From positions 9,238,001-9,302,000 of the forward strand of contig CM120640.1 of assembly GCA_051362555.1 (NCBI GenBank): 64,000 nucleotides of DNA. The letters run 5' to 3'. Positions 26,692-38,244 of the stretch are shown here, piece by piece (the first letter of the stretch is position 1; every line of letters starts with the position of its first letter). Both the position numbers and the translations under genes were made by a program. Below the pieces are notes generated by a model. It saw only the letters and a list, made by a program, of their open reading frames with translations. It searched no databases and was not told the origin of the DNA. The DNA comes from Lingula anatina (taxonomy: Eukaryota; Animalia; Brachiopoda).

Positions 26692-27785
26692 TAGGTATGT
26701 ATGGTTGGGTAACATGCCACAGCTTATCTGCCATCCACCTTTTGCTTTTCTAACTAAATTCTGAATAATCTAAAATAATTCACTGGCTAAATCCGGCACA
26801 TTTATTTGTTTCACGTTGTCAGCCTACTAGCATCCTTATCCCAATTTCGGTAAGATAATTATTTAGGCTCATGTTGTTATTTTATATTTGGTTCACATTC
26901 AACTTTCAACTTCTTTTTGGCTGTATAATTTTGGCACATAACTCATTTGGCTTTTGTTTGTATATATATATACATGTATAATAACATAAATATATTTTGG
27001 CTTGCATTATTTCGGCTTATGCTATTTTGGTTTTTATTTTCCACTCTTTTTTCTGGTTGCAATTTTTGGCCTCTTTTAACTAATTAACATTATCTAATGC
27101 TATATAATATCTAACACCATTCTTTAATAGAGGGACCTTTCAATAAAAGCGGCCGCTACCGGCCAAATTTCGAACACTATATATCTGTGTTTGTCATTTA
27201 CTTATCCTTTGGCTTGGGTTAATATTTAAGTTTAGTTTAGTTTAGTTTATTTCACTGTAACATATGCATCCACTTGTGTGGATGAAAATGACAATATGAA
27301 TACAATTTTTGTGATTATGCTATTAATAAGGAGACATAAATGCAGGTGTCATGTACACCTTCTTCTACACCCAGACATGCGTTGGTCTTATCATGGACTA
27401 TTCAGCTTTTTTAAATATTAAACTGATGGTAGCGTCAGTAGGTTTCGTGTCGTCAGTTAAGTGAAAGAACGTTATTTGTGACCAAATGTTACAGCCAGTC
27501 AAATCTGCCCTATTCTACTCGTTTTTTATACTCCGCGACCACCGCCGCAAAATCTCATATGCAATTTGTTTCAGTGTGTTACAGTCCTGGTTCAGATCTC
27601 TCACCATGGCTCCACTCTAGTCATTCACCCTTCAGGTTACAGGCCTGAAATTAATGGTGCTACACTGTGACATGTTTCATGTCCAAAGAATGTAGCTATT
27701 CATCAAAATGCACTGCACGCAGTTGATGTACGTTATTGTGCACTTTACACAGATCGGATAAAGGGGTGACTGAAAGGCGTACATA

Positions 27786-28993
27786 CATTGGTCAAAAAGG
27801 TTGTCCCCCCCATTTCCATGTACTTTTATTTACAAATGATCACCTCACAGCTGTAAATTGTTAGAAATAGTGCTTTTTATTACAGATACCGTGTCTAACA
27901 TGATTATTGGTTAAAAATACAAAATAGTGGTGAAAAAATACATATTTTATACCATTTAGTAAAATTTATAAGAGGTACCTCCTCAAATCCATTGTTTCAC
28001 TGTGACTTCTACAGCTGTAAACAAATGTCTATTAAATTAAAAAGATGTCATCAAATATCACCAAATTCACACACAATTAGCATTAGGGTGTGCTCGTTAA
28101 AGGTCACGTGCCTAACAGCGTGTGCGTCTACCGCGTACTGCAATAATCTCCTGTAGACGGCGCGACAAGTCTTCAACGTGGGTAACATTCTGTTATGTGG
28201 GATATTGTCCCATTCATCCAAAAGAGCGTGGCGAAATTGGTCAAGATTATTTGGGAATTGGTTTTCCTCTGCAATGCACATTCCAATTAATGCCACAGGT
28301 GCTCAGTAGGATTAATATCAGGGCTCAAAGACGGTTGTCCCATCCTCAGAGCCCTGTAATTCTGCTACAAATCGCTTGCCAGACGAGAGCTGTGAGCAAG
28401 TGCGTTGTCACAATGAAGCCAGTTGCATCCCTGAAGTCACCTCTTGCAAATGGAGTGAGATTTCTGTTGAGAATGTTACATTAAAATGCCCCTGTTACGT
28501 TTTGTTCCAAAAGGAACAATGTACTAATACCATGGGCTTGGAATGTTCTCCAAATGCGGACTGATCTTACACCTCAGGCAATATTATCCTACACACATTT
28601 TTCCAAGAGGCATTTTTTTAACATGTCTATCGACCCTCATTTGACCATCGATAGGATACAAGAAATAATTTGATTCTGCATCAAAACCAACTTCCTTCCA
28701 GTGATGGATGACCATATTTAGGTACCTGTAGGATCACTGAACGTAGCATTCTCAGCTGATATCTCACTCTGTCTTCAAGAACTGACTTCGGGGTTCACTC
28801 CAGGGTTCATCATGACTGCACACTTGCTCACATATTTTCACCGCTATTTTGTATTTTTTTTAACCATTAATCATGTAAGACATAGTATCTGTAATGGAAA
28901 GCACTATTTCTAACAATTAACAGCTGGAAGGTGATCATTTGTAAATAAAAGTACATGGAAATGGGGGTGGGACAACCTTTTTGACCAATGTTG
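27786..28993 (-). mobile_element. Degenerate Tc1/mariner transposon with ~160-bp TIRs and TA duplication
   Basis: TA|cattggtcaaaaaggttgtccc ... gggacaacctttttgaccaatgttg|TA; the empty site ggcgtacaTAttgcaaag is present in P1 and P3. Minus-strand remnants CDNALAH and SPDINPTEHLW match the Tc1 QDNAPxH and SPDLNPIEHLW motifs. Confidence 0.92.
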
Positions 28994-29070
28994 TATTGCA
29001 AAGTGTGGGTTTTGAGTTGAAAAGTAATATACTAGTACGATGTTAGCGCCGAGATCGAGGAAGCAGTACC

Positions 29071-29731
29071 ATGAAGTACGCTAAGGCAGTTGCTTTTCTG
29101 CTCATGGCAGTGATAGTATTTGGAGCCATTGCCGAAAATGAAGCGTTTTGTAATAATCAAAAATTGCCGCCTTGGCGGAGGTCTGCGCCCTCAGAGTGCT
29201 TTTCTAGTTATTATTATTATTATCGTTGTTATTATCGTTGTTATTGGTGGTGGTGGTGGTGGTTTTCTTGCTGGTGCTGTAATTGTTACTGTTGTTACCT
29301 TTTTTATTTTTTGTATTTACAGTATTTGGCAAGAGAGTAGACATAGAAAGAAAATACATTTCAAACAGTAAAATGGTAAGTTGTATTATTTAGAAAAGAT
29401 GCAACGTTTATAAGGGATGTTGAATAATCTAAATGTAGAGTTATATGGATTTTGCAATTGAATCAAATCACCTTATATCAAAATGAAAATGTTATGAGAA
29501 AGGTTTTTAAATGATGAACCTTAGCGATTATCGGTAAAGTGTTGATATTGTTATCGATATGTGCATAGACAGATACACAGATGAGATTCAAGACTCAATC
29601 ACAGCGACATCGTACTTACAGCAGTGTACATTTCCTTACAGGTGAAAAAGCGGGACTTATAGCATCGCTTCCGAAAAAACAATGCCACCATCAAAACCGC
29701 CTGGGAAATGATTTGGAGAGGAGAAAAATGA
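29071..29731 (+). pseudogene. Peptide precursor copy P2 (FLF-GKR); nonsense codon TAG in exon 3; truncated or pseudogene
   Basis: Exons 29071-29149 (weaker gtaata donor), 29323-29375, 29642-29731. MKYAKAVAFLLMAVIVFGAIAENEA-FLF-GKR-VDIERKYISNSKMVKKRDL* with TAG at 29660-29662. Tc1 is inserted ~80 bp upstream of the ATG. Confidence 0.7.
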
Positions 29732-30767
29732 GATCTTACGACACGAAACCGTAACCTTCAACGTTTTCTCAACGGAATTCTACCCATTATTTGAGATTTA
29801 TAAAAATGACTTAAAAATGACACTAATCTTTCTATTGGATAATAACTTTGCACGGCAGTACGTGGATATGCGATTTTCATTTACAACAATAGTAACAAAA
29901 AATAATGATACATGTAGTAGTCCCTCTCATCGAGATTTACACGTGAACTCATGATGCCTTTGATTTCGTTTGGATATTTGACCTACGACAATAACGCACT
30001 GGCTTACTTTTGTTATTTACATACCAAGCAGAAAACTATCAGCAAGTTGTAGCTCATTTTTTTTTCCCCAGTGCCTTATTTATTGCTTTCCAATCATTTA
30101 TGGGAATATTACTCCCATTAACTCAAAACATTTCACATTTGCAAATTTAAGAAATTGGGTTAATTGTAATATTCCTGGCTTTATACGGTCAATGTACGCA
30201 GATTATACTGAGTCTCCAGTTAACGTAATAAAGGCAAGGGTCACGTTAGTATGTACACCTTTTTCACCCAGTCTTGCGTTGGTCTTATCATGGACAATTC
30301 AGTTTTTTTAATAACTGAGATGGTAGCGTCAGTAGGTTTCGTGTCGTCAGTTAAGTGAAAGAAAGCTGTTTGTGACAAAATGTTACAGCCAGTCAAATAT
30401 GCCCTATTCTACTCGTTTTTTATACCCCGCGGCCGTCGCCGCAAAATCTTACATGGAATTTGTTTCAGTGTGTTACAATCCTGGTTGAGATCTCTCACCG
30501 TGGCTCCCCTCTCGTCATTCACCTCTCAGGTTACAGGCCTAAAATTAATGGTGCTACATTGTGACATGTTTTATATCCAAAGAATGTAGATATTCAGCAA
30601 AATGCACTGCACGCAGTTGATGCACGTTATTTCATGTATGAACTTAACACAGCTCGAATAAAAGCTGTGACTAAGCCTGAGAGGCGTACATATTGCAAAG
30701 TGTGGGTTTTCAGTTGAAAAGAAGTTTACTAGTACGATATTAGCGCCGAAATCTAGGAAGCATTACC

Positions 30768-33581
30768 ATGAAGGACGCTAAGGCAGTTGCTTTGCTGCTC
30801 ATGGCAGTGATAGTATTTGGAGCCATTGCCGAAAATGAAGCGCTTTGTAAGTGGCTGCGTTCTAATTGCAAATTAACGCCTCTCTTACGATGCTTAATTT
30901 TCATTATTATTATTGCCGATAGTGATGCGTTGCGTAAGTAGTTGCTTTTTCGATTGCAAACTAAGGTATTTTTGTTATTATTATGTACAGACACAGATGT
31001 GTCTGTACATATAGCCATCATCTGCGTCTGTCGTCGCCGTCGCCGTCGCCGTCGTCGCCGTGCACTTTTACCGATAACACGATAAGTGGAAAACTGTTTT
31101 TTCTTTTGGCTTGAAACTAACAGAACTGATGAATATTCGTAATACGCAGGTCAAGTTCGAAAATCAGCATGATCGGGTCACTTATAGGGAATTTATTCTG
31201 TTTTTTCACTTTTTTCAGCATATATGCAACACTGATAACATGATAAGTGGAAAATCATTTTACCTTTTGGCTTAAAACTTACAGAACTGATGAATATTCA
31301 TAATACGCAGGTCAAGTTCGAAAATCAGCATGATCGGGTCACTTATAGGGAATTTATTCTGTTTTTTCAGCATATATGCAGCACCGATAACAGGATAAGT
31401 GGGAAACCATTTTACCTTTTGGCTTAAAACTTACAGAACTGATGAATATTCATAATACGCAGGTCAAGTTCGAAAATCAGGGTGATTGGGTCATTTTTAG
31501 TGAATTTAGGCTATTTTTTCTCTTTTTTCAGCATATATGCAGCACCGGTAACACCATAAATGGAAAACCATTTTACCTTTTGGCTTGAAACTTACAAAAC
31601 TGATGAATATTCAAAATACGCAGGTCAAGTTTGAAAATCAGCATGATCGGGCCATTTTTAGGGATGTTATGCTGTTTTTTCACTTCTTTCAACATATATG
31701 CAACGCTAATAACACAATATAAGAAAAACAGATAGGCCAATTGTCATTATACTCACAGGAGTAGTCAAACTAACTAAAACGCAGGTTGAGTTCCAAAATC
31801 AGCATAATCGGGCCATTCTTTTAGAAGTTATGCTGTTTTGTCACATTTCCTCGGATTCAATTGTTAGGCATATTAACAGTCTCATTATTGAACTAATAAG
31901 ATACGTAAAAGTGTTTGTTTGACATTTCCTGCATCTTAATAACATTGTTAGTTGATTATGTAAAAATGATGGTAAACTTGTTATTGTGTATTATGTTATA
32001 AAGTGTCAAAAATGGAAATAAACAAATATCATTGCAGTTTGGCAGATTCAATCATCTACTATATTCATTATCTCAGAATGGAGGAAATTGGACATTTAAC
32101 ACTGTTCTATTGATATTTTTCCCATCTCATCAATTTTCTTAGTTGATCATATACAAATGGTAGAAAACTGTTTATTTTGTTTTATGTTAAAAAAGTGTTT
32201 TAAAAATGGAAGTAAACCCATTGCAGAACAGTGCTGTCTTGTTTCAGCATATATGCAGCACCGATAACACGATAAGTGGAAAACCATTTTACCTTTTCCC
32301 TTGAAACTTACAAAACTGATGAATATTCATAATACGCAGGTCAAGTTCGAAAATCAGCATGATCGGGTCATTTTTAGGGAAGTTATGCTGTTTTTCACTT
32401 TTTTCACCATATATGCAACACTGATAACATGATAAGTGAAAAATCATTTTACCTTTTGGCTTGAAACTTGCAGAACTAATGAATATTCATATTACGCAGG
32501 TCAAGTTCGAAAATCAGCATGATCGGGTCATTTTTAGGGTAGTTATGCTGTTTTTTCACTTTTTTCAGCATATATGCAGCACCGATAACACGATAAGTGG
32601 AAAACCATTTTACCTTTTGGTTTCAAACTTACAGAACTGATGAATATTCATAATACGCAGGTCGAGTTTGATAATCAGTATGATTGGGTCATTTTTAGGG
32701 AAGTTATGCTGTTTTTCACTTTTTTCAGCATATATGCAACACTGATAACATGATAAGTGGAAAACCATTTTACCTTTTGGTTTGAAACTTGCAGAACTAA
32801 TGAATATTCATAATACGCAGGTCAAGTTTGAAAATCAGCATCATCGGGTCATTTTTAGGGAAGTAATTGTGTAATAAAGTATCATAAATGGAAAGGAACT
32901 CATCATTGCAGTTTGTCAGATTTAATCATTCACTATGTTCAGCATCTGCAAATGGAGCAAATTGGACATTGAAAATTGTTCTATTGCTATTTTTCCTATG
33001 TCAACAATTTTCCTAGTTGAACATTTAAAAATGACAGTTTATTGATCATTTTTTTTTTAAAAAGGTGTTGAAAATGGAAAGAAAATCATTTCAGTACAGT
33101 TATCTCTTGTTTACATTTTGGCATTTTGAAAGTATGACTCTGAACTTCCATGGCCTTGAAGACCTTCCCAAATCACATTTTCTGAATATTCATGATACTT
33201 TTATTTTTTTATAAAAAATTTGATGGTCATTATGCTGTTAAGTATTATGTTTTATTGCATGAAAGTTGAAGAAAACCCTATTTTGGACACTGCTGCCAGG
33301 ATAGCGATTAAGGGAAAACCATGTTACTTACGATACTGAAACTTAGTGAAAAGTTTCATAAGACAGAAGTGCGCAGCTTGTGTTTGAAAACCAGTGTGAT
33401 TGTTTTCTGTTTTGGAGGCAATGCAGGTTTATAGAGTGCTATACTGGCATTTTCAAGTTGTGACTTATCACTCCCATCTGCCAGGAGCCCTGTACTCTTA
33501 CTTTGTAACATTTTCTGTATTTTGTTAAGTTACAAGGATGATTCTTAGGATTGACATACAGCCCAAAAAAAAAAAAAAATT

Positions 33582-33655
<74 letters not shown>

Positions 33656-34732
33656 TTTTTAATGAGTTTAAGCAATTTTTTTTGTGTGTAATTTTCACTG
33701 TACCTCATTCTGGCATTTCCAAAGTTTAACTCTTATCAGCCTGACACCTTAGGGACTATTTCCAGACCCTATCACGCTAACTGTGGATCGATCTATCTCC
33801 ATGGGAATTCTCGCTAAATTGCAATCAATGTAAGTGGCTTAGTTGTCTGTCACGCCTACTGAAACTGGCATGCCAGAATCCTAAGACTCTCAAACTGAAA
33901 GCAATTTAGTGAGAAACCCCTTGGAGTTGCATTGATCCTGTTAGATTGATCTAGGTATGGGAACTTAGTCTTATGCTTGATACACATTTTACTTTCATCC
34001 TAATCCAATGTTATGCAGAATAAGAATTTGATGTTGGCTATGCAGTTACAGTAAGCATAATACATTAGTTCATCAGAATTGACAGTATCCTATTTCCTGC
34101 GTTTTTATTTTCTGGTTTTTGTCTGTACATTTGACAGCTTTGCTGCCTTGTTATTATTATTATCGTTGTTATTATCGTTGTTATTGATGGTGGTGGTGGT
34201 GTTCTTGCTGGTGCTGTAATTGTTAATGTTGTTACCTTTTTTATAATTTTTTTATTTTTTTGTATTTACAGTTATTGGCAAGAGAGCAGACATAGAAAGA
34301 AAATACATTTCAAACAGTAAAACGGTACGTTGTATTATTTAGAAAGGATGCGACGTTTATAATGGGATGTTGAATGATCTAACTCTAGAGTTATATGAAT
34401 TTTGCAATTGAATCAAATCGTCCTAATATCAAAATTAAAATGTTGTTATGTGAAAGATTTTTAAATGATGTTCCTTAGCGATTATCGGTAGAGGGTTGAT
34501 AATATTTTGGATATGTGCACAGACAGATATACAGATGAGATTCAAGACTCAATCACAGCAGGGAATTATATATTAATTATATCCGATATAATTTCCTGAT
34601 CACATCGACATGGTACATACAGCAGTGTGCATTTCCTTACAGGTGAAAAAGCGGGACTTAAAGCAGCGCTTCCGAAAAAACAATGCTGCCAGCAAAACCA
34701 CCTGGGAAATGATTTGGAGAGGAGAAAAATGA
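30768..34732 (+). CDS. Peptide precursor copy P3 (73 aa): signal-LFI-GKR-ADIERKYISNSKTV-KKR-DLKQRFRKNNAASKTTWEMIWRGEK
   Basis: Exons 30768-30846, 34272-34324, 34643-34732; frame open. Intron 1 is expanded by a 3.2-kb HINE. Confidence 0.78.
30978..34152 (+). mobile_element. Helentron-associated non-autonomous element (HINE/DINE-1-like) with internal ~160-bp tandem repeats
   Basis: 5' subTIR plus hairpin tgtacagacac-agat-gtgtctgtaca, a (CGTCGC)n microsatellite, ~9 core repeats of 152-162 bp in two blocks (31076-31850, 32240-32870), 3' subTIR tgtctgtaca followed by stem-loop cagc-ttt-gctg. Inserted in a T-rich (TTA)n tract; absent from P1 intron 1. Confidence 0.85.
33585..33660. repeat. (TA)n microsatellite followed by poly-T
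   Basis: Direct reading. Confidence 0.95.
34559..34598. mobile_element. 40-bp hairpin mini-element with ~7-bp target duplication
   Basis: cagggaattatat...atataatttcctg flanked by ATCACAG / ATCACAT. P1 and P2 show a single atcacag at the empty site. Confidence 0.7.
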
Positions 34733-36729
34733 GATCTTACGATACGAAACCGTAACCTTCAACGTTTTCTCAACGAATTTCTACCCATTATTTGAGATTT
34801 GTAAAAATGACTTTAAAATGACACTAATCTTTCTATTGGATAATAACTTTACAAGGCAATACGTGGATATGCGATTTTCATTTACAACAATAATAACAAT
34901 AAACAATGATAGAAGTGCCCCTCGCCGAGATTTACACGTGAACTCACGATTCCTTTCATTTTGTTTGGATATTTGACCTACGACAATAACGCACTGGCTT
35001 ACTTTTGTTATTTACACACCAAGCAGAAAACTATCAACAAGTTGTAGCTCATTTAATTTTCCCCAGTGCCTTATTGTTTGCTTTCCAATTAATAATGGGA
35101 ATATTACTCCCACTAACTCAAAACATTTCACATTTGCAAATTTAAGAAATTGGGATCATTGTAATATTCCTGGCTTTATACGGTCAATGTACGCAGATTA
35201 TACTGAGTCTCCAGTTAACGTAATAAAGGCAAGGGTCACGTTAGTATGTACACCTTTTTCACCCAGTCTTGCGTTGGTCTTATCATGGACAATTCAGTTT
35301 TTTAATAACTGAGATGGTAGCGTCAGTAGGTTTCGTGTCGTCAGTTAAGTGAAAGAAAGCTGTTTGTGACAAAATGTTACAGCCAGTCAAATATGCCCTA
35401 TTCTACTCGTTTTTTATACCCCGCGGCCGTCGCCGCAAAATCTTACATGGAATTTGTTTCAGTGTGTTACAATCCTGGTTGAGATCTCTCACCGTGGCTC
35501 CCCTCTCGTCATTCACCTCTCAGGCCACAGGCCTAAAATTAATGGCGCTACATTGGGACAAGTGAAATAACTTTGTTTGTGACAAAATGTTACAGCCAGT
35601 CAAGTATGCCCTATTCTACTCGTTTTTCATACCCCGCGGCCACCTCCGCAAAATTTTGTATGGAATTTGTTTCATAGTTTGTTGCAATCTTGACACATTT
35701 TTAAAACTACCTTTTGTCAGTTTTGTTCAACCATAGCAAAGAAAAAATTCATAAATAATATTTTTTTTGCATCCGCCGACCCCTCCCCCTTCAAATAATC
35801 CTGGATCCGCCCCTGAAACCATTAAATTTGTCACTGAAAACATCGACGTATTATATGTATCTTTTATCGTGTAAGCCAGTAAAAACATTTTCTTTTTATG
35901 ATGAACAAACAAAATATGTCTCGGTCAGACTCAGGCTATTGTACTTAAACGAATTTTTATATTTTTGACGTCCTTTCAGTCTAGGGCTCTATAGTTATAA
36001 ATGTTAAAAAATAGATGGGTGGACACTTTATTGGAATATGTAAATACCATACGTAAAATATGAAAAGCCATTATATAAGAATATGAATGCATTTAGGATT
36101 TGACTGACCTAATGATATACAGTATAACATGCGCATATATCCAATCTGACTCCTTTCATTTATCTCAACTGTAATTTGTAATTTTTTATAAGTACAATAC
36201 AGTGCTACATGTAGGCGTGCAAAAAATATAAAAACTACACATGCATTTTCGTGTTTATAGCTCTGTTATATGAGCATGGTTATGGCTGTATAGTTAGTTT
36301 TGGTATGTTAAGGACGCTAGTTAAATCAGCTTGCTAAGCCACATCATTATGCATGGTCTGCATAAATGTCACTCTTGAGCGAGAGGCACGGAAATAAAGA
36401 AGTATGCTCTATTCTAGCCCATCACCCTAAAACGTGACCCCCTCCCTTCAATAAATAAATAAATGAATAAATAATTAAATAAATAATGCAGCTCACCGAT
36501 TTCTAATAATGAGTAATATGTTTTGTGTTGAAGTTTAATCAGCAAGTGTCAGTCGAAATTATAGAATTATTCCTCTAACACAAGGCCCCTAAAACCACAA
36601 TAATATTAATAATAAGGATTGTCCTACCTCACTAATTACTACAGGTGATGGACATTACTTCCTGCAACAATGAGGGCAGAAAAATAAACACGTGACGCTG
36701 CCGTTCAGTTTAAAATATAACTTTCAAGG

Positions 36730-36958
36730 CAGGCCAACCACGCTGGTGTGGACTGAAACCGAGGAGGTACATGTATACACCTCCTTGCTTCAACTTAAGA
36801 TATAAGATCAAAGGACAGGGGGTCCCCAACTGTAAACTCTGGGAACTTCCTGTATTAGGTACGACGAAATCTTTAAAAGCTGGACCCTATTCAGGGAGTG
36901 TACCATACATCGGACTATCATTAAACACACAAGGGTGGATTCCTGCACGTGCACGTGA

Positions 36959-37000
<42 letters not shown>
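36730..37000 (+). repeat. Possible SINE 3' portion ending in a (CT)n tract
   Basis: GC-richer island ending in (CT)~20 at 36961-37000. No clear A/B boxes seen, so the SINE identity is tentative; the microsatellite itself is certain. Confidence 0.35.
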
Positions 37001-37003
<3 letters not shown>

Positions 37004-38110
37004 AGCTAAACTTGGATAAGTTATTTGAAATAGCCCTGCAAATTAAGTTATTTGAAAGGTCCTTTGATATACATAATGTCACAGATTTGTATGATTAATT
37101 AAATTTATCAGACAAATAGGCCTATCAATAATTAATGGGATCGGTCAAACAATGGTATCACAAGAACATTCTTCATTAACAGTTTGAAGTCCATTCCTTT
37201 GTCCCGGGCATGGGGTGGTTATCGTTAACTTAAAGTCCAGATAATATACGGACACGTTGGTAGGCCTACATGTAGAAACTTTAAGGAAAAAAAGCCAAGG
37301 AGAGCCATTAAGCTTTCTTGCGTAATGTGGATTTCTATATCATAGGCCTATGTAACTAATGGATTTAAAATGTTTTGAAAAGTGTAATTATTAAGGCACA
37401 TTATACATGCAATTATTAATCACAAAGTTAGCTTAAACTCGACACAAAAAAAAAGAATAAAAGTTTTTTTATCATGTTGGCCTGTACCCTCTTCAATCAA
37501 AGATAAGTTAATTTCATTGCATTGGCTGAAGCAATAAAACATGAAAGGGGTGGATGTATATGTAGGCCTATATCATTAAATTCGACAGATTTGCCCAATA
37601 GATTATTAAAAGAAGGGCAAATGTGAAGTTTCAACAAACAAATTGACAGATTTAGCAACTTTCCTTTCGAAAAAGGCCCAAAGAATCATGAGGGTGCGTT
37701 TTTCTTATTAACACGTCTGTCGCAACTTTTAACCACAGACGATTCAGGATCTATCAGTATTGCACAACTTTTTTCTCGGGATTTTTAAGCGAAAACAAAT
37801 GGGCATTGCGAAATCCTATCTTGTCCTTGAAAACCCCGTGCCCAACCCACACACCAAGTGAAAATAGGCCAGCTGTGGATAATTGAGTCCGTGTTTGAAG
37901 GAGCAAAGTTTTTACTATTTTTCCATGAAACACGATTAGATCCAATATTCTTTTGGTAAAAAGAGAGATATAAAATTAATACATGTATCAAATAATTTAG
38001 AAAGACTCATTTTTCGTTTATAGATAGTAGAAGAAATAGGCACGAATGATTAACTTACGCGTCATAACGGAAACGGACCTTCCCTGCCATGCACGGACCG
38101 CGATGCGATT

Positions 38111-38176
38111 CCATTGGATGGCGGTTGAGGGCAACAGCGGGTATAAAAGGTCCACAGCAAGGACAGGCGTCAGTTT
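38111..38176 (+). promoter_or_regulatory. Core promoter of the Ly6 gene: reverse CCAAT, TATA box, initiator
   Basis: ATTGG at ~38113, TATAAAA at 38142-38148, and TCAGTT initiator at 38170-38175 (its A is 30 nt from the TATA start), ~70 nt before the ATG. Confidence 0.75.
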
Positions 38177-38244
38177 GAAGGACAAGGCGTGCCGTTAAGC
38201 AGAACTGAAACTTTTTGAAAGATTTCCTATAACATCTTTACAGG

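Larger units (their letters stand above)
23100..27210 (+). mobile_element. Degenerate DIRS/Ngaro-like (tyrosine-recombinase retrotransposon) element with nested insertions
   Basis: Lies within a ~4.6-kb block (~22736-27345) absent from units P2 and P3. It carries an intronless SGNH hydrolase ORF (a known Ngaro accessory gene), weak RNaseH-like (HVSG..N) and recombinase-like remnants upstream, and a 3' end caataaaagcggccgct..ggccaaattt. Boundaries are approximate. Confidence 0.55.
21165..35690 (+). repeat. Tandem segmental array of a ~1.75-kb unit (3 full units plus a partial fourth) carrying the peptide-precursor gene
   Basis: The landmark gcaaaatct(c/t)a(t/c)atg(g/c)aatttgtttcagtg recurs near 21190, 27547, 30440 and 35435 (fragment again near 35650). 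Spacing minus inserted TEs is ~1.7-1.8 kb. Confidence 0.9.

Noticed and set aside
29071-29371. 89-aa ORF with Tyr/Trp/Cys runs (YYYYYRCYYRCYWWWWW) after a signal peptide, resembling a Cys-rich toxin
   Set aside because: The runs are translations of (TTA)/(TTG)/(TGG) microsatellites in intron 1; the homologous frames in P1 and P3 are closed. It would only matter if the weak P2 donor causes intron retention.
30912-30930. Possible 11-nt micro-exon (ag|TGATGCGTTGC|gtaagt) in P3 intron 1
   Set aside because: The donor is absent in P1, and inclusion shifts exon 2 into a frame with an early TAG.
31076-32870. Regularly spaced repeats resembling a CRISPR array
   Set aside because: Whole ~160-bp monomers repeat with no unique spacers, there are no cas genes, and the context is eukaryotic. 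They are internal repeats of a HINE.
33538-33729. ORF with (IY)n run
   Set aside because: Translation of a (TA)n microsatellite.
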